From contig JBAZXP010000001.1 of NCBI GenBank assembly GCA_041659805.1, forward strand, positions 576,589 through 640,588: DNA of 64,000 bases, in the 5' to 3' direction. Below the pieces are notes generated by a model, which saw nothing but the letters and a program-made list of their open reading frames with translations, had not been told where the DNA came from and did no database searches. The position numbers and the translations under genes are program-made. This document shows, piece by piece, positions 20,291-29,645 of the stretch; the first letter of the stretch is position 1, and every line of letters starts with the position of its first letter. The stretch comes from Microgenomates group bacterium (GTDB lineage: Bacteria > Patescibacteriota > Microgenomatia > Daviesbacterales > UBA10151).

Positions 20291-21634
20291 TTAATTAATC
20301 CTGTGCAAAATACTTTCTCTTACTTTTTGGACTTCAGGATTAGAAATATTCATGGCAGTTAAAGTATTTGAAAAAGTATTCTGGTTTACCTCAACCCAGG
20401 AAGTTACACCAAGTATTTCAGAAAGTAACGTAAAAGGTTTTTTAAAGATATTATCTCTTTTCTTTGCTTCGATTTGTCTGTTTTCCCTGTAGGCTTCATA
20501 GAAATCATTAATCTTAAAAAGATGCTCAATATCTTCTAAGTCTTTTCCTGAAAAAGCCCCCAGGGTATCATCCAAAGCTTTTAGAAATGATTCATCTTCA
20601 TCATTTTGGGTAGTAGCTCCTCCATCATTTTGTACAGTAGTAAGAAGATATCTTAATGTGGATAGATCCTGTCCTGTTACTTCAAAGCGCCCATGAAGCA
20701 AGGCAGAGGCATTCAGTGTATTTCTGCTTTTTGCGATTGTTCGTGGACTTATATAAGGTCTGTTGGCTTTTGAATCTTTCTGTTTTCTTTGTTCATAGAC
20801 ACCTTCTACAAAATTTCTAATTAATTGATTTTTTAAAAAAAGCACTGCATTGGATGCTGTGATTAATCTATTGGGGTTGTCACCATTAACAATTCCAGAT
20901 AACTCAGCAAGTACTTCCATAGGAATGTATTGATCAGGTGCAACAACATGGCCATTATGTTTGCTATATACACGATCAATTAATACCTGATCAAAAATAT
21001 CGACTTCCGGGTTTAATCTGGCCTTAAAAAGCATTCTGTCCAAAACAGCTTCTGAAGCATCTGTGACCCTTAAATAATTTGTGGTGGCAATAGCTGTATG
21101 GAGTTTTGCTTTTTCATGTTGTTGACCATTGATGAATTCTCGTTCATTTAGAATCCCCAAAAGCGTACGCAATACCATGTCATTTGCATCCATGAATTCA
21201 TCTAAAAAGGCAAAATTTGCTGTAATAATTGATCCTTCTGTTTTATTCCATAGGATACCATCATTAAACATAGCTAAATCATAAGCTCCAATGAGTTTTT
21301 CTTCTGTAGTGCCTTGAGATAATTGAATAGAAAATGTTTGAGCGTTTTCAAATTGTCCGAATACTGTTTTACCGTAAAGAGATTTGGCTGTTCCGGGTCT
21401 TGCAAAGATAAGCTGGTGTTCTTTGGTAAGTAAAGCGAGTAAGGTTTGTGAAACTAATTTGTCTCTGCCCACGACTCTTTGTGAGACATTCTTCATAGCT
21501 CCTTTTAGAGAATCTACTGCCTCAAAAGTGTCTAAAGATGTTTTATTTTTTCCTGTTTCCAGAAGCCCCTGATAACCTGTTAGAGGAGTCAGTAAGGCGG
21601 TATCTGAAAGATAATCTACTTCAATTTTTGCCAT
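20291..21634 (-). CDS. MoxR-family AAA+ ATPase with N- and C-terminal extensions
   Basis: Walker A FARPGTAKS, Walker B FAFLDEF, sensor-1 IATTNY, MoxR-type AVLDRM motif and lid ISPRTIAKSRNTLNASALLHGRFEV. 447 aa, about 120 aa longer than canonical MoxR. Confidence 0.8.
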   Translation of the reverse strand: MAKIEVDYLSDTALLTPLTGYQGLLETGKNKTSLDTFEAVDSLKGAMKNVSQRVVGRDKLVSQTLLALLTKEHQLIFARPGTAKSLYGKTVFGQFENAQTFSIQLSQGTTEEKLIGAYDLAMFNDGILWNKTEGSIITANFAFLDEFMDANDMVLRTLLGILNEREFINGQQHEKAKLHTAIATTNYLRVTDASEAVLDRMLFKARLNPEVDIFDQVLIDRVYSKHNGHVVAPDQYIPMEVLAELSGIVNGDNPNRLITASNAVLFLKNQLIRNFVEGVYEQRKQKDSKANRPYISPRTIAKSRNTLNASALLHGRFEVTGQDLSTLRYLLTTVQNDGGATTQNDEDESFLKALDDTLGAFSGKDLEDIEHLFKINDFYEAYRENRQIEAKKRDNIFKKPFTLLSEILGVTSWVEVNQNTFSNTLTAMNISNPEVQKVRESILHRIN

Positions 21635-21731
21635 GCTGGGAATTATAATAGTTATAGGATATAAAAGTCAAGGATATTTGTGATCCTATAGTTTGACTTT
21701 TCAGAACTTTTATATAATAATATGCCTCATT

Positions 21732-22622
21732 ATGAAAAACGAGGCGAGTAAAGAAGCTTCTGTAAATTTTTTAAGTGGTGAAAAATTTACAGATTTAGGA
21801 TTATCTGCTAGAGACATTGCACTTACCAGAAAAGTCTTGCAAACTTTAAAAAAGCATTCTGATTACCCTGCGGGTTATGATATCGCCTTAAAACAGGTGC
21901 TGGATGAGCAGGATAGGGCATTAGGGTTTAAGGCATTGGAAAGAGAGCTTAAAATGTCACAAGTTCAGCACACAAGAAAAAGTTTGGGACAAATTGCTTT
22001 AAGGGCAGCAGGAGTAGTAACTGTTGTTGCAGCTATGTGGGGTATATATAGTTGTTCTGACAGTTATAATTCCCCGGAAGCAGTTGAGAAAAGAGTAGCA
22101 CAAAATGCTATAAATCAAGAAAATGAAAGGGCAAAAAAAGAACAGGAATTCATAAGCAAGTCTCAGCTAGAAGGCGAGAGAACATTGGGATTGGAAAGAT
22201 CCCCTATTTCAAATACCGGTTTCTCTTTTCGCTATATGCCAAAGAAGGAAGGCGTAAGATATGTTGAAGTTGGAGGAACATATAATTCCTTTAATATTGG
22301 AAAAGCTTCCTATGTGAATTGGAAAGAAGAGAAATCTCCGAAAGAAACAGTAGATATAGTGACATGGATTTTTACCGATACCTATACCAGGGTAAAGGAT
22401 GGAAAAGTTGTTCCACAATTAACGATTGATCTATTAGGAGATAAAAGGACATTTGAGAAGCGTTACTTAAGAATTGAATCTACTGAGGATATTGATAATT
22501 CTATGTTGATTTTTGAAGATGTTAAAAAGAATAAAGAGTATATTTTCAAAGTCACACCTGTAAATGATATGACAACTCTACAATTTGTTCTCGTGAGGGA
22601 AGAAGCTGTAGATGGATCTTAA
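21732..22622 (+). CDS. Single-pass membrane protein of unknown function, divergently transcribed from the MoxR/VWA pair
   Basis: Track ORF starts at TTG 21693; the ATG at 21732 (MKNEASKEAS...) is preferred. One TM helix (IALRAAGVVTVVAAMWGIYS) separates a ~95-aa N-terminal helical domain from a ~180-aa beta-rich C-terminal domain. Only ~97 bp separate it from the MoxR start. Confidence 0.45.
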   Translation: MKNEASKEASVNFLSGEKFTDLGLSARDIALTRKVLQTLKKHSDYPAGYDIALKQVLDEQDRALGFKALERELKMSQVQHTRKSLGQIALRAAGVVTVVAAMWGIYSCSDSYNSPEAVEKRVAQNAINQENERAKKEQEFISKSQLEGERTLGLERSPISNTGFSFRYMPKKEGVRYVEVGGTYNSFNIGKASYVNWKEEKSPKETVDIVTWIFTDTYTRVKDGKVVPQLTIDLLGDKRTFEKRYLRIESTEDIDNSMLIFEDVKKNKEYIFKVTPVNDMTTLQFVLVREEAVDGS

Positions 22623-22667
22623 AAAAGACTGCAGAAAAGTGTAGAATCTTCTTAAGGATAAATTTAC

Positions 22668-23795
22668 ATGAATATTTGGATAGATGGATATGAAGCGAAT
22701 GTACCGCAAAGACTGGGATCTTCTCAGATTGGTTTTGAGCTTTTGCATCATCTGGAAAAAATAGATCACAAAAATGAATATACAATATTGTTGCCTTCAG
22801 CACCTCTTTCTGATTTGCCAAAGACACGCAAAGGTTGGACTTACAAGATTTTAAAGCCAAATAAACTTTGGACAAGGATTGCCCTTCCCTTTGCTTTATA
22901 TTCTGCAAAAGTAAAGCCTGATTTGATTTTTTCCCCGACACATTACATACCCCGTTTTTCACCGGTTAAAAGAATTGTTACTATTTTTGATTTATCTTAT
23001 CTTCATTTTCCGGAAATGATCCCCAAGGGGGATTTATGGAAAATGGTGAATTGGGGAAAATTTAGTATAGAAAATGCAGATCATATAGTAACTATTTCTA
23101 ATTTTTCTAAAAAAGACATAATTAAAAACTATAAAATTGATGCTGAGAAAATTACAGCTGCTTATCCTGGGTATGATAAAAATATCTTCAAACCTACCAG
23201 AGATCATAAAAAAATTGATTTAATTAAAGAAAAATATGGAATTATTGGTAAATACATTATATATATAGGAACAATTCAGCCAAAAAAGAATCTGATCAGG
23301 TTAATAGAAGCGTTTAAACCAATTGAAAATCTAAAACTCGTGATAGTCGGAAAGACAAAGGGTTTAGGAAGAGAAGGATGGATGTTTGATGAAATATTGG
23401 AAAAACCTGCAAAATTGGGGATTGAAGACAAAGTTGTATTTACAGGTTTTGTGCCAACTGAGGAACTACCATATTTATTATCAGACGCAGAAACATTTAT
23501 TCTGCCTTCTTTGTGGGAGGGATTTGGTATACCTGCTGTTGAGGCAATGGCATGTGGGGCACCGGTGATTGTTTCAAACGTTTCATCTTTACCGGAGGTT
23601 GTAGGGGAAGCAGGTTTGCTGATTGATCCCCGTTCTGTAACTCAAACTGAGCAGGCAATTAGAACTGTTACTACAGATAAAAAACTCAGAGAAAAAAGAG
23701 TTAAAGCAGGGTTGGAACAAGCCAAAAAATATTCCTGGAATAAAATGGCAAAAACTGTATTAAAAGTTTTTGAAGAAGTGGGTAAAAATGGTTAA
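22668..23795 (+). CDS. GT4 (family 1) glycosyltransferase
   Basis: [38 protein letters not shown] motif. 375 aa. Confidence 0.8.
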   Translation: MNIWIDGYEANVPQRLGSSQIGFELLHHLEKIDHKNEYTILLPSAPLSDLPKTRKGWTYKILKPNKLWTRIALPFALYSAKVKPDLIFSPTHYIPRFSPVKRIVTIFDLSYLHFPEMIPKGDLWKMVNWGKFSIENADHIVTISNFSKKDIIKNYKIDAEKITAAYPGYDKNIFKPTRDHKKIDLIKEKYGIIGKYIIYIGTIQPKKNLIRLIEAFKPIENLKLVIVGKTKGLGREGWMFDEILEKPAKLGIEDKVVFTGFVPTEELPYLLSDAETFILPSLWEGFGIPAVEAMACGAPVIVSNVSSLPEVVGEAGLLIDPRSVTQTEQAIRTVTTDKKLREKRVKAGLEQAKKYSWNKMAKTVLKVFEEVGKNG

Positions 23796-24696
23796 AGTAT
23801 CGATTGTTATTCCGTATTGGAATGGCGCAGAAAAAATTAAAAAACACTTACCCAAGGTTTTGGAATTTGCGCATAAAAATAATATTAAGGAAATTATTGC
23901 CTCTGACGATGCTTCGACTGATGGAACAGTGGGCCTTCTTAAAAATGATTTCCCTGAGGTAATAATTGTTGAAAGAAAAAAAAATGAAGGATTTGCTTCT
24001 AATGTAAATTCAGGTTTTGCCAAAGCTTCCGGTGATCTTGTATTTTTATTAAACAGCGATGCTTCACCGGATATGGACGCTTTAAAATATGCGCTTCCTC
24101 ATTTTGAAAACGAACAGGTTTTTAGTGTCGGTTGTAATGTGGGTGGTCTTTGGGCAATAGGAAAATTTGAAAACGGTTATTTTTGGCATAACGAAGCAGA
24201 CGTTGAACAAGAGGGAGAGATAAAGTCTCATCAAACGCTTTGGGCATCAGGCGGGTCAGCTATTTTCCGTAAATCTGTTTGGGATGAGTTGAAAGGACTA
24301 GATGAATTATTTAATCCTTTTTATGTAGAAGATGTGGATCTTGGGTATAGAGCAACAAAAAGAGGATATATCAATATTTGGGAACCTAAAAGTAAAGTAG
24401 AGCATTATAAAGAAAAGGGCGTTATCGAAAGTAATTTTTCCCGGAATAAAATTAATGATACTGCGGAAAGAAACATGTTGATTTTTATTTGGAAAAATAT
24501 AACCAGTGAAAAATTGATTAATGAACATAAAAAAGCTTTAATAAGAAGGTTGTTTTCACATCCTAAATATTGGTCAATATTTTTGGCAGCTTTCCCAAAA
24601 TACCCAGAAATTATGAAAAAGAGAGAAATTGAAAGAAAATATGCGAGATTAACTGATGAAGAAATATTTAACATTTTTTCTTCGACTCAAGTATAA
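23788..24696 (+). CDS. GT2 glycosyltransferase
   Basis: VSIVIPYWNG...SDDASTDGT GT-A motifs. The ATG at 23788 overlaps the upstream stop (ATGGTTAA). Confidence 0.75.
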   Translation: MVKVSIVIPYWNGAEKIKKHLPKVLEFAHKNNIKEIIASDDASTDGTVGLLKNDFPEVIIVERKKNEGFASNVNSGFAKASGDLVFLLNSDASPDMDALKYALPHFENEQVFSVGCNVGGLWAIGKFENGYFWHNEADVEQEGEIKSHQTLWASGGSAIFRKSVWDELKGLDELFNPFYVEDVDLGYRATKRGYINIWEPKSKVEHYKEKGVIESNFSRNKINDTAERNMLIFIWKNITSEKLINEHKKALIRRLFSHPKYWSIFLAAFPKYPEIMKKREIERKYARLTDEEIFNIFSSTQV

Positions 24697-24703
24697 TTAA
24701 GAT

Positions 24704-25306
24704 ATGAGTATATTTAAAGACAAGATGGGAAGAGATTTAAGTGCCTCAGAGGCTTCACAAAAAATAATTAACCGTTTATTCAGCTATATTTTAGATTTGG
24801 AACTCCTTATTGTAAGAATTGCAGGGTTTATTCCGATTTATACAATCAGATGGCTAATTTATATATGCTCAGGTGTCAAAATTCCATATAACTCTCATAT
24901 TCATATGAATGCTCAGTTTTTTGAGCCCTCTGGGATAGAAATCGGAGACGATACGATTATTGGTCAGGGAGTATTTTTAGACGGTAGGGCAAAGCTTAAA
25001 ATTGGAGATCATGTAGATATTGCGTCAGAGGTAATGATCTATAACTCTGAACATGATATGAATGCTGAGGATTTTCATGCAGTGAACGAACGGGTTGAGA
25101 TAGGAGATTATGTTTTTATCGGTCCCCGCGTGATAATTTTGCCGGGGGTTAAGATAGGAAAGGGAGCAATCGTTGCTGCAGGTGCAGTAGTTACCAAAGA
25201 TGTACCGGATTTTGCGGTAGTCGGTGGAGTACCTGCAAAAATGATCAAAGAAAGAGAGCTAAAAGATTTACATTATAAATTGGGAAGAGCAAGATTGTTT
25301 CAATAA
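24704..25306 (+). CDS. Hexapeptide-repeat (LbH) O-acetyltransferase
   Basis: Tandem hexapeptide repeats [15 protein letters not shown]...[11 protein letters not shown]...[31 protein letters not shown] typical of WbbJ/Mac-like sugar O-acetyltransferases. Confidence 0.8.
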   Translation: MSIFKDKMGRDLSASEASQKIINRLFSYILDLELLIVRIAGFIPIYTIRWLIYICSGVKIPYNSHIHMNAQFFEPSGIEIGDDTIIGQGVFLDGRAKLKIGDHVDIASEVMIYNSEHDMNAEDFHAVNERVEIGDYVFIGPRVIILPGVKIGKGAIVAAGAVVTKDVPDFAVVGGVPAKMIKERELKDLHYKLGRARLFQ

Positions 25307-25310
25307 ATAA

Positions 25311-25859
25311 ATGTCCAGATTAATTTTTATACTTTTTGCAATTATTTTATTAATTTATTTATTAATTCCGGGACCTTCTTCGATTAATGATTTTCCCGGG
25401 TTGCCTAATTCTGCTAAATCTAATCTTCCCGGGGATACGGTTCAAGTTCCTAATGTTTCAGGTTATTTTTCAGATAATTTCAGAGCATTTGTGACAAATT
25501 TTTATAAAATGAGTTATAAATCGCAAGTAGTAATTCCATTTTTGCCGATCAGATTAAATTATCCTCCTGAATTTGCCTATACCACTATTAAAGATCAAAC
25601 TCGGAGCACATATTTAGAAGAATATGTATACCCTTTGAGAGATTCGCTTTTTATAAATGGTTATGAACCGTTTTATGAAAACGGTAAACCGAAATTTTTT
25701 GGTTCTGTTAAATCGGATGAACAAAATGATATTTATTACAATAAAACTACTTTAAGATTTTATCCATCATCTATTTGGGTAAGAGTTGCTGTTTGGCTGG
25801 GGATTTTAGCTTCTGTTTATCTTATTTGGACATCAGCAAAGAGAGTAATACATGATTAA
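25311..25859 (+). CDS. Small membrane protein (N- and C-terminal TM helices), unknown function
   Basis: 182 aa. Hydrophobic N-terminus and C-terminal WVRVAVWLGILASVYLIW helix with a Tyr/Phe-rich extracytoplasmic middle. Confidence 0.4.
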   Translation: MSRLIFILFAIILLIYLLIPGPSSINDFPGLPNSAKSNLPGDTVQVPNVSGYFSDNFRAFVTNFYKMSYKSQVVIPFLPIRLNYPPEFAYTTIKDQTRSTYLEEYVYPLRDSLFINGYEPFYENGKPKFFGSVKSDEQNDIYYNKTTLRFYPSSIWVRVAVWLGILASVYLIWTSAKRVIHD

Positions 25860-26745
25860 TTTAGTAATCATTATTGTTAATTTTAATACTGAGAAACTTG
25901 TGTTGGAATGTTTGGACTCCATATTTAAAAACAAGCCTGACGGTGAATTTAAAGTAATTGTAGTTGACAATAATTCAACAGATGATTCAGTCGAGTCTAT
26001 TAAAAAACTATTTCCGGAAGTTGACTTAATTGAAAGCAAAGAAAATTTGGGTTTTGCAGGAGGAAATAATCTAGCGTTAACAGGAATTAATGCAAAGTAT
26101 TATTTACTTTTAAATTCTGACACATTGGTAAATAAAAATTCCTTAGATAATTTGGTTAATTTTGCAGAAAACTCAGATTATGGAATATGTTCTTGTAAGC
26201 TAACCTATCAGAATGGATCGTTCCAGCCAAACGCAGGAGAGCTGCCTTCTTTTATCCCGGTACTTTTATGGTTATCAGGTCTTGATGACATTTTAGGAAA
26301 AATAATTCATATAAAATCATATCAAGCCAGAGACAAGGGTTATTATAAGAATAAAACTCAAGTGGGGTGGATTTCAGGATCAGTAATGTTAATCAAAAAG
26401 GATGTAATTGAAAAAATCGGAGTACTGGACGAAGGTATCTTTATGTACGGGGAAGACGTTGATTACTGTTTCCGGGCAAACCGGGCCGGATTTAGAGTGG
26501 GCTGGACAGATGAGGCTGAAATTATCCATATTGGCGGAGCAAGCTCAAGCAAGCCGAAATATAATCAATGGATAGGAGAATTTCGAGGGATGATTTATGT
26601 ATATAATAAGTTATTCGGTTTTATGCCAGCTCAATTAATCCGAATATTTTTTTATTTTTTTATTTTGATAAGAGCATTTGCGTTTTTGGTTCTTGGTAAA
26701 ATTTTATATAGTAGAACTTATGCAAAAATTTTTATTAATCTTTGA
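25852..26745 (+). CDS. GT2 glycosyltransferase (rhamnosyltransferase-like)
   Basis: VIIIVNFNT...VVDNNSTDDS...LNSDTL and GEDVDYCFR motifs of the GT2/WbbL-like family. Confidence 0.8.
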   Translation: MINLVIIIVNFNTEKLVLECLDSIFKNKPDGEFKVIVVDNNSTDDSVESIKKLFPEVDLIESKENLGFAGGNNLALTGINAKYYLLLNSDTLVNKNSLDNLVNFAENSDYGICSCKLTYQNGSFQPNAGELPSFIPVLLWLSGLDDILGKIIHIKSYQARDKGYYKNKTQVGWISGSVMLIKKDVIEKIGVLDEGIFMYGEDVDYCFRANRAGFRVGWTDEAEIIHIGGASSSKPKYNQWIGEFRGMIYVYNKLFGFMPAQLIRIFFYFFILIRAFAFLVLGKILYSRTYAKIFINL

Positions 26746-28174
26746 TAAATATTTTTTTTGGTTAGTGCTGTTTTTAATGGCATTTATTCCGTTGTACCCA
26801 AAATTCCCATTGTTAAATGTAACCGGAACTTTTGTAGCAGTCAGAATCGAAGATTTTCTAATAGCTTTAATTTTAACTTTATGGGGATTACGTATAATTT
26901 TGGGTAAAAAAGTAATCTCAACTTTATCTGAGGGAGTAAATAAAACTATGCTGGTCTTCTTTTTCGTAGGGCTGGTATCTTTATTGTCCGGAATTTTATT
27001 AACTAAGACAGTCTCTCCTTCTCTGGCCTTATTGCATTTTTTAAGAAGGGTTGAGTTAATGATGTTGGTTCCCGTAGCTGCCAGTGTTTTGACAAAACGG
27101 AAACAAGTTTTAATTTTGCTCATAGCAGGGCTTCTTATCGCTTTTCTTGTTGACGGGTATGCATTCGGTCAAAAGTATCTGGATTGGCCGGTTATATCCA
27201 CGGGCAATTCGGAATTTTCCAAAGGTTTGATTTTAAAACTTAGCCCTGAAGCCCGTGTCAGCTCAACTTTTGCAGGACATTATGATCTGGCCGTTTTTAT
27301 GGTAATGGTGTTATCCATCGGAAGTGCAATCTTTTTTAACTTGAAAAAGCTATATATAAGGATAGCTTCTTTTTTAATATTTTTAGTATCAATTGTGGTT
27401 TTGGTGATGACGGCAGCCAGATTATCTTTTGTTGCAGTTTTAGTCGGGATTGCAACCTCGTTACTTTTAACAGGTAAGAAATGGTTTATTTTAGTGATGA
27501 TTATTATTTCTATTGCAATTTTGGCGTATCCGTCACAACTTCGGGAAAGATTAATCGCAACAGTTTCGGTCAGTATCCTACAGGAAGGGGATAGATATGT
27601 AAGCCCTAATGCAGATCAACAACAGGAGAGTAGAATAAATATTCCTACTTTATTAATTCAAACATCCAGCACCTCAGGCTTAAGACATGATTCAACTGAT
27701 TCGGCGTCAACGCCTGAATCGACCATTTCTGCTCAAATATCTGATATCGTTCCGGGAGAGCCAACTAATATAACTGATTTAGCAGTGTACAGATCTTATG
27801 GAATACGATTTAATCAGGAGTGGCCTAGAGCAATTAGGGCTTTTGAAAAAAATCCTTTGCTCGGTACAGGTTATTCATCTTTGGGGTTAGCTACGGACAA
27901 TGATTTTTTGAGGTCTTTAGGAGAGGTAGGTATCTTGGGTACAATCGCGTTTTCTTTGGTGATTATCGAGATTATGAAAAAGATTTGGATTTCATACAGA
28001 AAGATAAATGATAAATTAATAAAATTCGTGGCTGCAGGATTGCTTGCAATGATGATAGCGTTTGTTGCTAATGGTATTTTTATTGATGTATTTGAGGCTT
28101 CGAAAGTAGCAACTTTGTTTTGGCTTTTTTGTGGATTTGGTATCGCTTTGAGGAACTTTAATGAAAATACTTAA
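26720..28174 (+). CDS. O-antigen ligase/polymerase-like polytopic membrane protein (Wzy_C-like) with low-complexity periplasmic loop
   Basis: ~10 TM helices with a large loop between late helices containing a Ser/Thr/Gln-rich stretch (QQQESRINIPTLLIQTSSTSGLRHDSTDSASTPESTISAQ). Topology resembles WaaL/Wzy. No motif was verified. The ATG at 26720 is preferred over 26678. Confidence 0.4.
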   Translation: MQKFLLIFDKYFFWLVLFLMAFIPLYPKFPLLNVTGTFVAVRIEDFLIALILTLWGLRIILGKKVISTLSEGVNKTMLVFFFVGLVSLLSGILLTKTVSPSLALLHFLRRVELMMLVPVAASVLTKRKQVLILLIAGLLIAFLVDGYAFGQKYLDWPVISTGNSEFSKGLILKLSPEARVSSTFAGHYDLAVFMVMVLSIGSAIFFNLKKLYIRIASFLIFLVSIVVLVMTAARLSFVAVLVGIATSLLLTGKKWFILVMIIISIAILAYPSQLRERLIATVSVSILQEGDRYVSPNADQQQESRINIPTLLIQTSSTSGLRHDSTDSASTPESTISAQISDIVPGEPTNITDLAVYRSYGIRFNQEWPRAIRAFEKNPLLGTGYSSLGLATDNDFLRSLGEVGILGTIAFSLVIIEIMKKIWISYRKINDKLIKFVAAGLLAMMIAFVANGIFIDVFEASKVATLFWLFCGFGIALRNFNENT

Positions 28175-29639
28175 AATTATTTCCAATCAATATTTTTGGC
28201 TATTTCTGATTTTAATAATTGGTTATTCTGTGCGTCTTTATAAAATTGATACTCCGCTTGCTGATTGGCATTCATGGAGACAAGCAGATACTGCTGCTGT
28301 TGCCAGAAATTTTTATAAGGATGGCTATACTCCATTTATCCCCAGGTATGATGATATGTCGGGAGTTGCAGAAGATCCTGTAATGAATCCTAGCAGATAC
28401 CGTTTTGTGGAATTTCCTATTTATAACAGTTTAGTTTATTTTGCATATGTAATTAATGGTGGAGTTGATATTAAGCTTGCCAGACTTGTTTCTGTTTTAA
28501 TGTCTCTTGGATCAATGATTTTCCTTTTCTTGATTGTCAGAAGACAACTGGATGTTGTTACAGGATTGATGACAGCTTTAGTATTTGCAGTTTTGCCCTA
28601 CAGTATTTTTTATTCAAGAGTGGTTTTACCTGAACCAACTTTAATTTTTTTCAGTCTTGGGATGTTTTATTTTGTCGAACTTTGGATTTGGAAAGATGGA
28701 TATAAGCTCTTTTTTGCTTCCACCTTTTTCACCATCTGTGCTTTTTTGATTAAACCAATTGCCCTTTTCTTTTTATTGCCTTTAATGTATTCATATTTGA
28801 AGAAAGAGGGAAAGTTGTGGCCGATACCAAACAGGTATTATGTTTGGTCGATTTTTTCATTAGCTCCTTTTGCTCTTTGGAGGATTTGGATGTCTCATTA
28901 CCCTGAAGGTATACCGGCTTCAAACTGGCTGTTTAACGGTACTCATATAAGATTTAGACCGGCATTTTGGAGATGGATATTTGGGGATAGATTGGGCAGG
29001 GAAATATTGGGAATGGCAGGCTCGTTTTTATTTTTCTTTGGTTTAATTAAAAAACCGGAGAACGGAAAATATCTTTTGCATTTTCTGTCTCTTTCAGCAT
29101 TATCGTATTTGTTGGTTTTCGCTACGGGAAATGTTACTCACGATTATTATCAGACAATAATTGTTCCGGCTTTATCAATTTTTGCGGCTGTTGGGTTTGT
29201 CACCCTTTTTAGAGGTTTTAATGGAATGATTCCCCGTTTATTTACAATTCCTTTAGCTCTTTTTATATTTTCTTTGATGACTTATTTACAGTGGCAGGAA
29301 GTAAAAGGATTGTATCAGATTAATAATGGGCCAATTGTTGAAGCAGGGCAATTTGCAGATAAAATCTTGCCGAAGGATGCCCTTGTGGTTGCGCCATACG
29401 GTGGTGATACTGCGTTTTTGTACCAAACAAACCGTCACGGATTTGCCTACTCTGTGCTTCCAGTTGTGGACTTAGTAAAGATATATAAAATTCAATACTA
29501 TGTCTCGGTTGATTATAATGATAAAACTAACTGGATAATCAGGAATTTTAAAGTTTTAGAAAAAAATCCTAAATTTGTGATAGCAGATTTAATGCAACCG
29601 ATTTCTACCCCTGGGGCAAAGCCGGACCCTGAACCATAA
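28161..29639 (+). CDS. GT-C family glycosyltransferase (ArnT/PMT-like)
   Basis: N-terminal loop ADWHSWRQADTAAVARNFYKDGYTPFIPRYDD resembles the ArnT/PMT first periplasmic loop. 11+ TM helices and a C-terminal soluble domain. Confidence 0.6.
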   Translation: MKILKIISNQYFWLFLILIIGYSVRLYKIDTPLADWHSWRQADTAAVARNFYKDGYTPFIPRYDDMSGVAEDPVMNPSRYRFVEFPIYNSLVYFAYVINGGVDIKLARLVSVLMSLGSMIFLFLIVRRQLDVVTGLMTALVFAVLPYSIFYSRVVLPEPTLIFFSLGMFYFVELWIWKDGYKLFFASTFFTICAFLIKPIALFFLLPLMYSYLKKEGKLWPIPNRYYVWSIFSLAPFALWRIWMSHYPEGIPASNWLFNGTHIRFRPAFWRWIFGDRLGREILGMAGSFLFFFGLIKKPENGKYLLHFLSLSALSYLLVFATGNVTHDYYQTIIVPALSIFAAVGFVTLFRGFNGMIPRLFTIPLALFIFSLMTYLQWQEVKGLYQINNGPIVEAGQFADKILPKDALVVAPYGGDTAFLYQTNRHGFAYSVLPVVDLVKIYKIQYYVSVDYNDKTNWIIRNFKVLEKNPKFVIADLMQPISTPGAKPDPEP

Positions 29640-29645
29640 AAAGAT

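Noticed and set aside
18907-21634. Interpretation of the AAA+/VWA pair as a known phage-defence system (BREX, Septu, Gabija-type ATPases) or as McrBC.
   Set aside because: The motif pattern (MoxR-type VLDRM, lid, MIDAS-containing partner) matches MoxR-VWA rather than McrB GTPase or ABC/OLD-type defence ATPases. No nuclease, PglZ or methylase partner is adjacent.
21693-21731. TTG-initiated N-terminal extension (MTFQNFYIIICLI) of the 309-aa ORF in the track.
   Set aside because: An in-frame ATG at 21732 gives a conventional start (MKNEASKEAS). The extension would overlap the divergent promoter region. Several other track ORFs start at non-ATG codons, and ATG starts were preferred where the motifs begin later.
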